This document shows positions 50,994 through 62,959 of a stretch of DNA of 64,000 nucleotides, one piece after another; position 1 is the first letter of the stretch, and every line of letters starts with the position of its first letter. The notes below the pieces were generated by a model. It was not told the DNA's origin, ran no database searches, and worked only from the letters and a program-made list of their open reading frames with translations. The stretch lies in contig NW_024704742.1 of the NCBI RefSeq assembly GCF_018977255.1, forward strand, positions 119,352,001-119,416,000. The letters are read 5' to 3'. Origin of the DNA: Callorhinchus milii. Its lineage: Eukaryota. The translations under genes and the position numbers were made by a program.

Positions 50994-51666
50994 CTATTTT
51001 GATTCGCTGCCATTGAAGAGCGAGCTCCCACCCAACTTCTTGAGAATTTCTGCATGAGCTTCGTCTCGTTTTTTTTTTTCTCCTCATCTATTTTTTATGG
51101 TAGACTGGGTTTTGTACGCTTTCTTCTGGATGTCTACTTTCATTTGGCTATGCTTCTCGGCCACGTCGAGGATCAGTTGAAACTCTTCCACAGAAATGTG
51201 TCCATCTTTGAGTGCCTGGGAGATGATTGTACACACTGATTGTATTCAGCTTAGATTCAGCAAGGACGCGAATGTCGTCATGTTTTGTGGCTTTTACTAT
51301 GAGTCGTCGGTTCCCAAACTTACTGGCGATCCTAGCAAACCTGCATACCAGGACGGCTGCTTCTAGAGCTACTGCTACTGGGGCAGCGATAATAATAGAG
51401 AAGATCCCCACTCCACATGCACCCATTCCCAGGCTAGTGGTGATAAGAGTTGCATCAATGCCTTCTAGCATGTTTATGGCTTGGCAATACTTTTTGTATA
51501 GTGCGCTGAGGCTGTCCCGTTCTCGATTGAGCTTGTTCCGCAGGTTAGTAATTTTTTTCATGTGAAATGTATAATCTTTTTCTGTGCTTTCAAGCACAGC
51601 ATATAGAGGTGGGGCTGATGGCACTGCAACTTCTTGTCCGACCTTCATTGTATGGTCCACTGTCAT
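50994..51666 (-). pseudogene. Polinton/adintovirus-type hydrophobic helical (membrane-active) protein, frameshifted near 51230
   Basis: Coiled coil (KKITNLRNKLNRERDSLSALYKKY), then a Gly/Ala-rich hydrophobic hairpin (LGMGACGVGIFSIIIAAPVAVALE), then KHDDIRVLAESKLNTIS. After a frameshift it continues IISQALKDGHISVEEFQLILDVAEKHSQMK. I recall this pattern from animal Polintons. Confidence 0.72.
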
Positions 51667-51672
51667 ATTTCT

Positions 51673-52195
51673 TTAATTAACCGTTACAGTAGGCCATTCT
51701 CTGCTCATGGTGGTGATTTTTGCTTCTTTAGTCCAGCCATTGGGCAAGGTATTTTCATTAAAGTATGCGACCAGCTGCCACTCATCTCCATCTTTTTCAG
51801 TTGCTGTTACAATCCGATCGGTCGGCAGCCACCTTTCATTACTTATGCCAATAGTTTTTACAGCTGTAGACAATACAACCATGTTCTCATCAATACCAGC
51901 ATTTAGTACTACGCCTCGGTTGAGGTGGATATTGAATGTGTTGTAAATGTGTGATAAATAGACGCTGCACCTTCGACACTCTCTTATCTTCTCTTTTGTG
52001 GAGGAGTTTTGCTTTCTGAATGAATGGCCGTAGTTGGTCTCGGGATGGTTGTGGAGTATCATATTCCCATACATAGATGTCAGCACACTCGTTTTCTTGT
52101 TTGTATAGTTGCCAAAATTTACTCGTGTCCTTAATATTGTTTTGCCGAAGATATAAGCCAATGGTATAGCCCATTATCCGGTCGAGTTCTTCCAT
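51673..52195 (-). pseudogene. XkdW-like (fibre-associated) protein, one probable frameshift near 51930
   Basis: IYVWEYDTPQPSRDQL resembles the I..W....PQPT..EL motif of phage XkdW-like proteins. Lies directly downstream of the fibre gene, and two overlapping ORFs (51890-52195, 51673-52161) join. Confidence 0.45.
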
Positions 52196-52208
52196 TCTAA
52201 CTAATATA

Positions 52209-52923
52209 TTATGTTTTTTCTAATAGGGTTATGCAGTAATTGGTATGGTTCTGTTATGGGTGAGCATATTTACACCTGTGCAGGTAAATACATGGAAGGA
52301 AGGCCAATTGCTGGCGAACACGGGACATTGCACATTAAATCATTCACCTGCCCCCCCTTTCTAGCTGTATGCCCCCAACGATAATCTTTCCGTTCCAAAG
52401 CGCTTTTCCGGAGGGAAATGCGGTAAGTGTAACGTCTATACCCGTGGTGGTTGGAAGCATCCCTGTAATTAAGTTGAAGTTCCAGCAACTTGTATCCAGA
52501 TAGTTTTTGGTGGCTACGTCCTGTGCAGATGTGGGATCTCACACGACAGTAATGAGCTGATCCGACAAGAGAATTGCAACAGAGACGGCCGCAGAGGCGT
52601 GTGTTGTGATTCCGGAGGTGCTGTGAGTGTTAAACCATTCGGCAAGGAAAGAGATTCGCTATGGATCCAATCCCCTGATGTGATCTTTGTTCCAGAAATA
52701 AGCATCGCTGTAGTGTCCAAGTAGTTTTTAGTGGCTGAATCCTGGTCGTTGTGGGGTTGGCCAAGGCTGTAATCTTCTGGGAGCCCATATTAAGTGGCCC
52801 GCTCATGGTGTCGCCTATTTTTGCGACTTTTAAACTGACCTGTGTGTCGATGGCATATGTTCTTTTGGCATAGTCACCAAGGTCAACAACTCCCGGGGTA
52901 CTTTCTGGGCCGTAAATGCTCAT
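52209..52923 (-). pseudogene. Viral fibre protein with phage tail-fibre/YadA-stalk-like repeats, frameshifted
   Basis: KIGDTMSGPLNMGSQKITALANPTT/QDSATKNYLD and a second repeat DQLITVV*DPTSAQDVATKNYLD. Confidence 0.75.
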
Positions 52924-52984
52924 TATTTATTTGTTTGTTTGTTTGTTTGTTTGTTGGTTGGTTGGTTGATTGATTGATTGATTG
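52924..52984. repeat. Compound tetranucleotide microsatellite (TTTA/TTTG/TTGG/TTGA) just upstream of the fibre ATG
   Basis: tatttatttgtttgtttgtttgtttgttgttggttggttggttgattgattgattgattg. Confidence 0.9.
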
Positions 52985-53042
52985 TCATTGCATTGTGCCT
53001 GTTACACATACCTTCAACTCGTGCATTATTCCATCTTGAGGT

Positions 53043-53191
53043 AGTTTGGCCGGGGAGGTGTGGGAAGTCCCTCCGTGCTCTCGACTGTATTATTTTTTGG
53101 TGCATAGTTTTGCGATTCATTGTTTGCGGGAAAGTGGGTGGGGACTGAGACGGACCAGAAAATGACAGGTCCATTCACACCCCCTGCTGCT
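53043..53191 (-). repeat. Right terminal inverted repeat
   Basis: actgtattattttttggtgcatagttttgcgattcattgtttgcggg...gaaaatgacaggtccattcacacccctgctgct is the reverse complement of the left TIR. Confidence 0.9.
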
Positions 53192-53864
53192 CAGCTGGTT
53201 CCAGTTAAAATTGGGATTTGTTCATAAGATCTTCAAGGTGTCTAAATGTGTTGTACGAAGTCGGCACAAGCAGAATCTGTACTTTTTTGAAGTAATTCAC
53301 CAAGTTACTTCATAAATGTATTATAATAATAATAACCCTTGCATCTAACATATTGCATTACTATGTTGTCAAAATGACTCAAAGTACCCCCACAGGATTC
53401 TTACTGTAAAATGTAATTATTTGTAGACAAATAATCTTGAATCAATATCTAATTTTCACATTAGAAAGTCACATTGCCAACGCAGTTATACTTAACCACA
53501 AGAGGAATTTCATTTCATGAATATCTATTGCATTCACGATGCTACCTCTATTTAACATCGTAAATAGCTGGAACAGGAGTAAAGCATGTCTGTCCATTAA
53601 TGTTGTTGCTTAGTTTTATTACTATTTCCAGTAAAGTTATGATTTTAAGAGCTGGCTGCAAATAATCCTGTCTATAGTAAAGCACCAGAAGGAGGCCATT
53701 CACTAAACTAGTCTGATCTGCTCAGTCATTTTATTGGTTTATCTTAATCTTATTGCTTTATCTTTTTAAACCCTGAATAAAGAAAACTTTGGAAGAACAT
53801 AACTGATATATATATCCTCAATTTCCTCATCTATTTTCTCTAATACATATGTGAAAGAACTGTA

Positions 53865-54080
53865 ATAATAATCCTTGCATTTGATTTAGTGCCTGTAACG
53901 TCAAAATTTCTCAAGATGCTTTTACGTATAATTGTTGCCACGTGCAATTTTGACCATTTTGTATGCGGAAAAGTCCACCAACAGAAACAGCCGTGAAGTG
54001 AACGACCAATTTATCTGGAGGATTTTTGACAGCGCACAAATTCCCTTCTCTTTTCGAATAGTGCCATGGGATCTTTAACA
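53865..54080 (-). mobile_element. DeuSINE-like SINE fragment
   Basis: Tail plus ttcgaatagtgccatgggatctttaac. Confidence 0.7.
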
Positions 54081-57000
54081 CTAGCTGACCACAATTCAGT
54101 GAACCCTGCTGGATGATGTGTATGTGAACATCGAGTGAAACAGAGTCAGACTCAGTTACGATGGCTTGGCCTCCAACTGCCCTCTCCATTGAATAGCTTG
54201 TTAATTGCTCATCCTCTCAGGTCAAAGACAAAGAGATTGGTGATTTGAATCCCCAATCCAGCAATACAATCTCTTTCTGGGACATTTCTTCCAACTTCTG
54301 GTCACCAACCAAGATTCTGAGTATAAACACATTGTATGAGGTGTGTGGAGCACTTTCCATTTGGAACTTTGAGTTGTCTTTGAGTCCTAATCTGAGATTT
54401 ATTCAAATTAGGATTACGGAAAGGGTCCGAAAAACTCAGGAAAACTGGACACTGGCTACTGAGACCTCTAGGCAAATGCAACCCACAGAAGATAACAACA
54501 ACAGCTTGCATTAGTTAGTGCCTCTCACGCAGGGTAAGCGTCCCAGAGTGCTTTATAGATAAAGATAAAACAGAAACAAAACAAGAATCTATAATGCAAA
54601 TTCTTGCGTGGAAATTGTTCTTATATATTTGAAAACAACCGTAATGTGAAACCTGTTGTGTTAGCATGCACACACCAACTAATGTGTGGAGAGACGAAAG
54701 GAGAGAGACTGCAAAGAGTTAGTTCGGCCTCTGTTGCAGAGCGGATTTAGGCTATTCTGGGGACATCTGGAACCCATTATGAAGAGAAATTCCGACTTTA
54801 AGCAATTCTAGCTGAAACTGGTAGTGAGGCAAGGCTTTCAATGGGAACATTGTACTGTAGCAATTTACAAAACAACTCATATAAAAGAGGGGTTTGAAGC
54901 TTTGATTTAAATAATTATTGCAAACTCACAATTCTCATTCTTTAAATAGAAGTAGTGGCTGAAAAGTGCTGAAAAAAGTAATACTTTTATGGGAAGGAAT
55001 TTGGCAAGGTACCCAAAAAACAAAAAGTACTTGGACTCTAGCCTAGTCATTCTCTGACTGCAGTGCAAACCAATCTGTGGAACAGAACAATTCAACGCTA
55101 ATGGTGCATAGAGGAGAAATGTTTATTCTGCAAAGAAATCTGAATGTTTCATTTGTCTTCAAATTGCATTGAAAACAAGTTGGTTGTCGTATTTCTTTGC
55201 AAACAAACATTATATTCAAAGTTGAATGTATATATGTTAGAAATTGTATGATTATGGTGGTATGAATCTACAGTTGGCACAGCGTCGCAATGGTGCCTGG
55301 AGAGGCACGGCTGTGTGGACATAAAAATCATTCACATTTACAAAATGTTCCCAGGAAAATGTCTATTGAAAAAAAAGGGAGCTTTGCAGTCCAAAACCAC
55401 CACTAATGAAAGGCGTGCTTGGCAAAGGAAATCTTTTATTTACAGAAGTCAAGTGAAAACTGAATGATAAATTGTATTTAACGTTTTAGTCAGCAATTAT
55501 AATTGCACTTTATTTTATACAAGAACTTTTCGAGGGAGTTTATTGAACATTCCAGGAATATTCTTGCCAGTATGAAACATATACACTTACTGCTTTGCTT
55601 TGAAGGAAACAGTCTTTGGGAATAAAATCTTCAGAAGAAAACCAACATGCATATGTTTTATGCAGACTTTGGACTTCAGAGTTTGGAGACAAATTAATGC
55701 CAGATTAAAAAGACAAAATCCCATCTGCTGGTTCAGTGTCCGTAAAAAAAGTCCTTTCAAAATCAGCTTAGTGACCCATTTTCAACCCACATCCTTTTTG
55801 TTTCAAACATACATGCAGTTTTTTAATAATGTCGGTTTGTGGGACATTGATGTGTGCAAATTGACTGCAGTGCTCACCTACAGAAACACAGTCACAGTAA
55901 ATCCTGTGAAGCACTTTCAGACATTTCGACGACATAATCAGGCTCTATATCAAATGCAAGGATTATTATTTTGTTATAATTTCATGAAAGAAACACATTG
56001 AACAATGCTTCAAAATGCTACACGTAATTTCTATGAAGGAAGCCATTCTCGTTTTATTAAAACAATCGATAGTTTTCTTTAAGGAAATAACATTATGGGA
56101 TATAGTAAATAGGTAGTTCGGGACATATGCGCATGCGACTGCCAGAAAGGTGGAAGGCGAACTAGATGAATCTTTTTCTTTTTTCGTCTAGTATTTATTA
56201 CATTCTTATGTCATTTAAGAATTTCCAACAATTCTGCATAGATTTAAATGTTAAGACAAAATGGTGAACATTTAGACTTCTGGAGAGTTACCTTCAATAT
56301 TTATTTTTTGGTCTTNAAAAAGATTTAAAATATTTGGCCCATGTTATTTTCTTTGTCTACTGGTTCCCATTTCCCCTCCTGCCCCCAGAATACAATGGGT
56401 TGGGAACTGGGAGGCAAAAAGTAGCCTCCAGTTGGCTGAAAACCAGTATTGTGGCTATTCATTTTGTCCAATTGAGAGTGGGAATTGCAAAGATTGTCAG
56501 GATCATATCATAGATGTTCCCAGGTCAATCTCTGATGTAAGTTAAAATGTAAAGCAGAGATCCACTGCTGCAGAATTTATTGCGCAATTGTGCCTGGATT
56601 GAGATAATCTGACCACGGGGCAGACAGGGTTAAATGTCTCAAACGTCTCAACTGCAGTCTGAAAATCCAAGTAAATTTATATTCACAAAATAGCCTTCAT
56701 CCACGAGCTTAGTTACCTACTCAAAGAATTCCAGCAGATTAGTGAGGGATGACCTGCTGCTTTTAAATCCACTCTGACTGCTCCTTATGCTTCCTCCATA
56801 TAAGGAGAACCACTTTCTTAAATGAAAACCAACTATTTACTAACTGCCAAAAGGTGAGGAAGCTTTGGAGTGCTTTGGTTGATCAACATTATTCACATAC
56901 AAAATGATAAGAAAAATGTAGTAATATTTTCAAAGATAAGCCGTAAATGTAAAACCTGATATGCAATAAAAAAAAGACCTTGTTATACTGTTAGCTTATC

Positions 57001-57149
57001 TAGGGACTGTCAGCCAGTCTTTTCCTAATATGAGCATGTTTTAAAATGGACCTGGGCACATTAATGATAGACACAGGTCAATTTTTTGAGTCTGAGCTTT
57101 CAAAAACAGTTTGAAGTACCTCAGCAAATTAATTTGCTTTGGGGATTAA

Positions 57150-57535
57150 AAGCACTTCACAGGATTTACTTTGAGGTGCAGGTACTTCCCAGAATTTACT
57201 GTATAGGTATAGATACTGCGTATTTGTAACCAAACACAGCAAGCAATTTGCACACAGCAATGCCCCACAAATAGCCATGAAGTGAATGACCTATTTATTT
57301 GGAGGGATTGTTGATCAGGACACCAGACATTTCCTTCTCTTTTCAAGGAGTGCCGTGGGATCTTAACATTCACCTGAACAGGTATACCTCAGTGTAACAC
57401 CTCATCTGAATGACGTCACCTCCAACAATGCAACGATGCACCCCAGGACTGTATTGGAGTGCCAATCTAAACTGTGAGTTGAAAATCCTGACACGGGGCT
57501 TGAACCCACAAACTTCTGACTCAGACTGTTACCAA
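57150..57535 (-). mobile_element. DeuSINE/SacSINE1-like SINE
   Basis: Same body and head as 39312-39741. Confidence 0.8.
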
Positions 57536-57699
57536 CATGACTGAATTGAAGAATTTTCCACATTTCTGCATGATGTTAACACGTAAGCCGATGGTTAAGA
57601 CCATGTCACTGAGAAACTACAAGCCTATGCCACGTCTGGGGAAATTTTCTAATCAATTTTGTAAAGTTTCTAATTTTTCAGCTTACTTTATGTCTGCTT

Positions 57700-57990
57700 C
57701 TCCCTGACTTCACTCGTCCCCTCTGCTCAGGTGACTCCGGCCTCTACATGTCCCTCGTCTCCTCCACTCGACTTCTACTAGTGCTTTCATCCCCAAAATT
57801 ATGGAACTCTCCGTTTCAATCCCTTCCAACTTGCCTCCTCCTTCTCCATCTTCAAATCGCACGGAAGACCTTCCAATTCAATCGTGCCTATGGTCACCTA
57901 CTCTGACTCAACATCAAACTCTGCTAGCGTAAAGCATTCCGAGATACCATCGCGGGTTAAGAGTACGAAATAAACGCAAGTTGTTATTGT
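57700..57990 (+). mobile_element. L2 3' fragment, decayed
   Basis: tccggcctctacatgtccctcg...tggaactctcc...cgtgcctatggtc...aaacgcaagttgttattgtt. Confidence 0.6.
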
Positions 57991-58794
57991 TTAACTAACG
58001 TCCGTTGATAATGAGCTGGAGAATCTGTATGTAAGGATCAAATTGAGGCTAGATTTGATGAACAAAACACAATGTTTCTTTCAATTGTGTTCTTTGACAT
58101 AATGTTTGCTTCATTTTTCTTTAAAGCATTTGTTTTAAATTCCATTGTGGAAAGTTTTATATTTAGCCACGACGATAAAACTTACAAAATACCCGGTCGC
58201 TGCACTTTACAGTAAATTCTGTGAAGTGCTTTGGGATATTCTCCCAACTTGAAAGACGCTATATCAAATGCAAGGATTATTATTATTAGAAACCAGTTGT
58301 TTAGAAGCCGTCTTATTTGCTAACCTGTATTTGGAGGTTTAGAATTATGTAGGTCAGCAGCAGTGATGCAGCAGCTTTCAGTCAGACAGATTGGTTCAGC
58401 TTAACTAACACAGATATCTTCAAATGCCATGTTAATTAAATTGGGCTAACACATCTACTTTAAATTAGCCAACCTCACTCATCAAGTGCATTTTTGCTTT
58501 GGATTTGAACGCTTAGGAAGATTAAAGACTTAGCATTTTAACAGATAATCCTGCCTAAGCCATTGATATGTATTTTGAATGATAGAATCTGATACCAATG
58601 TCTTTGTCTTATGCAAAACAACATCTGTTGAAGCAGCCAGAGCTGGATAAAATGTGCACACTGTGCCAGGTTGATGTACTTCTAAGATTTTTTAAAAATA
58701 TCTTTGTCATTTCAGATGTATTGTAGGCAATGAGCTGTATTCATGCAAACCCACAAACAGGAAGCACCCTCACCCTGCAACATGTTTTTCATTT

Positions 58795-58895
58795 TGTTTG
58801 GTCAGCTGGGTGGGTGTCTGACACATACGGAAACCCATCACCATGCTTAAGAGCATCCAAATCGAACTGAGAATTTCATACATTCCACCTACATG
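58795..58895 (-). mobile_element. Family X dispersed repeat, 3' end
   Basis: ggtgtctgacacatacggaaacccatcaccatgcttaagagcatccaaa. Confidence 0.75.
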
Positions 58896-59104
58896 TTTTT
58901 CACAATCCGGTGTTGAATGAGGTGATCAGTAGCACAATCGATGCACGTCTCAATTGTCTTGGATTTTTATGGCACTGTCCTGAAATAATGTGTAAATTTT
59001 CTTCTGATCCTGTGTTGAATTGCTTCCCACTCGTCTTTGTGCCAATGACAGCACAACCGTTTTCACTGTCTTTTGTTTTGCATTGATTCATCTAATGCAC
59101 TTAT

Positions 59105-59230
59105 TAAGGGATATGAGGCAAAGGTGGGCAATTAGACTTGAGGTACAGATCAGCCATGATCTTATAGAATGGCGGAGCAAGCTCAAGGGGCTGAATGGCC
59201 TACTCATGTTTCTATATTTCGATGTTTCTA
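59105..59230 (+). mobile_element. CR1 3' UTR fragment
   Basis: cagatcagccatgatcttatagaatggcggagcaagctcaaggggctgaatggcctactc. Confidence 0.75.
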
Positions 59231-59813
59231 CGTCTCCTGTCACTTTTTGATGTTTCTTTGAACCTCAAATACACAGCACGTGTTTGAGTCCATTTTCCTG
59301 CCTGATGTACATGATAGGACCAAAGCAAGACAGGTTTGTGTTACCCTATTGATGATGTGTTATTGCTATAGTAACCCTGCTTCTCATGAGACTGCACCTG
59401 CTTCATGTAAGAGTGGATACTGGAATAGCACTACTTCCAGTACTATTCCTGTACAATGTACTTCCCTTACTATTCTCTAATTTGGGTTGCCAAGGCAGGC
59501 GGAAACATTAATGCAAGAGGAAATAAAATGTTTGCAACGGAGGAGATATGAGAGTTCTTAAGATATATTAAGAACTGATGTATTAAGTTATAAATGGGTC
59601 TAATTTGTGCTAACCATGTGGAAACCATGAGTACAATGTGCCCTTAATTTTGTAATGGCAAAGAATAAAAAGTATAACAAATTGTCCTTTATCCTTTTCA
59701 TTCATTTATATCTACACAATTAAAGCCATTTATAATGCCGGCTGTCCACATGCTTTACACATAGTTAGCACAACCCTCAAATTAAAACTCAGGAGGTGAC
59801 AAGAATAAGGACT

Positions 59814-62460
59814 ACAACAACAACAACAACAACAAGATTTCATTTATAGAGCGCCTTTCACGTCGGGGGGACGTCCCAAGGCGCTGGACAGTTGGGTCAG
59901 GACCCGAGCAGGGGGGATATGGTCAGGGTGAGGGGAGGGAAGGAAGGGAGTGAGGAAGGGGTAGAGAGTCGAGAGGGGAGCTGAAGGCACGGTTGAAGAG
60001 AAAGGTCTTGAGACCGGCCTTGAAGGAGGAAAAGGAGGAAGCAAGGCGAAGGCACTGGGGGATGGAGTTTCCAGAGCCTCGGGGCTGAGAGGCTGAAGGC
60101 CCGGCCACCGATGGTAGGACGGTTAGGGCGGGGGATGTGGAGCAGAACGGAGCCAGAGGAATGGAGTGTACGGGCAGGTAAGTAGGGGGATAGTAGGTTG
60201 GAGAGGTAGGAGGGAGCAAGGCTGTGAATGGCCTTGTAGGTGAGGATGAGGATCTTGAATTCGATCCTCGGGGGGATGGGGAGCCAGTGGAGGCGAGCGA
60301 GGGTGGGAGTGATGTGGTTCCGAAGCCTGGTGCGGGACAGTACACGAGCTGCAGAGTTCTGAATGACCTGCAGCTTGTGGAGGGAGGTGCGGGAAGGCCG
60401 GCGAGGAGAGAGTTCCCATAGTCCAGCCTTGAGGTGATAAAGGCGTGGACCAGAGTTTCAGCAGCGTGAGGGGTGAGGTAGTGCCGTAGTCTGGCGATAT
60501 TCCGGAGGTGATGGAAGGCGGTGCCAGTTGTGGTGCGGATGTGAGGGAGAAAGGACAGCTCAGGGTCGAACAGAACCCCGAGATTCCTGACTGTCTTTGA
60601 GAGGTGGAGAGTGCAGCCTTGGATGCTGATGCTGTCAGCGCCTGAGGTGCGGAGGCGCTGACGTGAGCCAATCAGGAGGGCCTCAGTTTTGCGCACATTA
60701 AGCTGAAGAAAGTTGTCTCTCGTCCAGGACTCGATGTCAGACAGGAAGGCTGTCAGGAAATCGGTGGTCGTGGAGTTGAGGGTAGAGGAGGAGAGGTAGA
60801 GCTGGATGTCATCCGCATACATGTGGAAGTTAACCCCATGTCTGCGGATGATGTCACCAAGGGGGAGCATATAGAGGGTGAAGAGGAGGGGACCGAGGAC
60901 AGAGCCCTGAGGGAAGCCGCACGAGACAGTGTGGGGACTGGAGGAAAAGCCGTTTGTGGAAACAAAATGAAGACGGTGGGAAAGGTAGGATCTAAACCAC
61001 TCAAGGACAGGGCCTTGAAGGTTGAGGTGGGAGGACAAGCGGTGGAGGAGGATAGCGTGGTCGACCGTATCGAATGCTGCCGATAGGTCGAGGAGGACGA
61101 GGAGGCAGAGGGAGCCCTGGTCGCAGATGGTCAAGATGTCATTGGTGACCTTGACCAGGGCAGTTTCTGTGCTATGGGCAGCACGGAAACCCGACTGAAG
61201 GGGTTCGAATAATGAATGGGTGGAGAGGAAAGAGCGCAGCTGGGAGGCGACAACTCTTTCAAGGACCTTGGACAGGAAGGGGAGGTTGGAGATGGGCCGG
61301 TAGCTTGATAGCTGCGACGCATCAAGGGAGGGTTTTTCAAAGTGGGAGTGATGGTGGCAGTTTTTAGGGGAATGGGAACAGAGCCAGAATAGAGGGACAG
61401 GTTGATGATGTCTGTGAGAAGTGGGGTAAGGAGGTGGAGCTCAGAGATAAGGAGTGGAGTGGGGATAGGGTCAAGGGAGCAGGTGGTGGGTTTCAGGGAC
61501 AGGATGAGTTTGGTGACAGAGGGTGGGGAAACGGGTTCGAAGGTGTGTAGGGGAGGAATGGGTAGGAGTCGGAGTGTGGGAGGGAAGGGGTGGGGGTGGG
61601 TGGAAGTTGGAGGGGGAGTGACCGCGGAGCGGATTCCCTTGATTTTGGATTCAAGGAAATCCAGCATCTCCTCGCAGTGAAGGTTTGAGGAGATGATCTG
61701 CGCGGGGTGGCGGGGGGGACGGAGGAGTCGGGATGTGGTGGAGAACAGAAGCCTGGGGTTGTTCTTCGCCTCCAGGATTATCCTGGAGTAGAAGGACGAC
61801 TTGGTCGAGGCTAGAGTGGAGCGGTAGATTTTGAGGAGGTCCAGCCAGATTTGTCGGTGGACCGTTAGGCCAGATTTGAGGCAGGTGCGTTCAGCGGCCC
61901 GCACCTGGCTCTTCAGTGAGCAGAGGTGGGTGGTGAACCAGGGGGAGGAGCCAGAGTAGGAGACAGTAAGGGAGATGATGGGGGCAAGAGTGTCGAGTGT
62001 GGAGGAGAGGGTCTTGTGGAGGAGGGTGAGAGCACAAGACAGGTCAGTGAGGGTTGAAGGCCAGAGGGAGAGGAGTTCAGAGGACCCAAGGCAGTGGCTA
62101 GGGATTGTGGGGTTAACTTCTTCCAGGGGCGGTAGAAGATGGTGGTGGGTCTGGTGGAGGTGGGTGGGGGGGGTGGTGGAGGTGGTGAAGGAGATGAAGT
62201 GGTGGTCGGAGATGGCCTTGTCGGTAATGGTGACATCCGAGACACTGAGGCCCCAGGTGATCACCAAATTGAGTGGGTGGCCCTGACTGTGAGTGGCGGA
62301 GTTGATGTGGAGGGAGAGGTTGAGCGAGGAGAGCAGGGAGGAGAAGTCCAAGAAGATGGAGCAGGAGGGGGTGAAGTGCAGGTTGAAGTCGCCCAGGATG
62401 ATGAGGCAATCAGAGCAGAGGCAGAGAGTTATTAGTAGGGTAGAAATATCGGAAATGAAG
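59814..62460 (-). mobile_element. L2 LINE, ~2.65 kb, 5'-truncated: C-terminal APE endonuclease plus RT with few frameshifts
   Basis: IILGDFNLH, HSQGHPLNLVIT and ISDHHFISF (APE); [23 protein letters not shown] and MYADDIQLY (RT); (caa)n tail at 59814-59834. Confidence 0.97.
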
Positions 62461-62959
62461 GTTAGGGTTAGACTAATAGTGAAGCCATCAAAAGTAAGAG
62501 GTAGTAATTGCTTGGTGGATTTCAAGAGCCACGAAAGAACTGTGTGATCAAAGATCGTCACTGCCTCATCGAAGAGCCTAATGGAGATTTAATAATGTAA
62601 TTGTTATCTTGCAAGAGAAATGTTGGTCTATTGAGGGCATGAATCAGAAGCTGATGAATACAGAGTTCAATATTTATTTGGAGTGGTTAGTGCTGTCATG
62701 AGTAGAGGAGATGGTAGAAATACAGACAGAACACAGGAGAAGAGAGAAATAAGCTCTCGCTGCAGCAATTATTCCACTGATTAAAACGACTGAGTTGGAT
62801 TTTCAACAGTTTGTTTGCATCTGTCCTTGATTTTTTCCCCACAGTCTTTCACTGAAACAGCAGAACATGAAGATACAGGTTTAGGGTTACAAAGGGCAAT
62901 TTCAGGATAGACACCAGGAAATATGGTTCTTGAAATATGGCCAAGAAGGATGGTTGAGG

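Larger units (their letters stand above)
48416..53191. mobile_element. Endogenous Polinton/Maverick-like (adintovirus-like) dsDNA viral element, internally deleted and decayed
   Basis: Imperfect long TIRs with AG...CT termini, two convergent gene blocks, fibre repeats, a minor-capsid-like gene, an OTU-like/pPolB N-terminal region and a Polinton-type hydrophobic protein. Dense coding organisation unlike the flanks. Confidence 0.82.

Noticed and set aside
56316..56316. Single N base
   Set aside because: Assembly ambiguity or contig join, not a biological feature.
59923..62561. 403-aa and 476-aa ORFs as host genes
   Set aside because: Frameshifted pieces of one 5'-truncated L2 ORF2. The overlapping + strand ORFs are antisense shadows.
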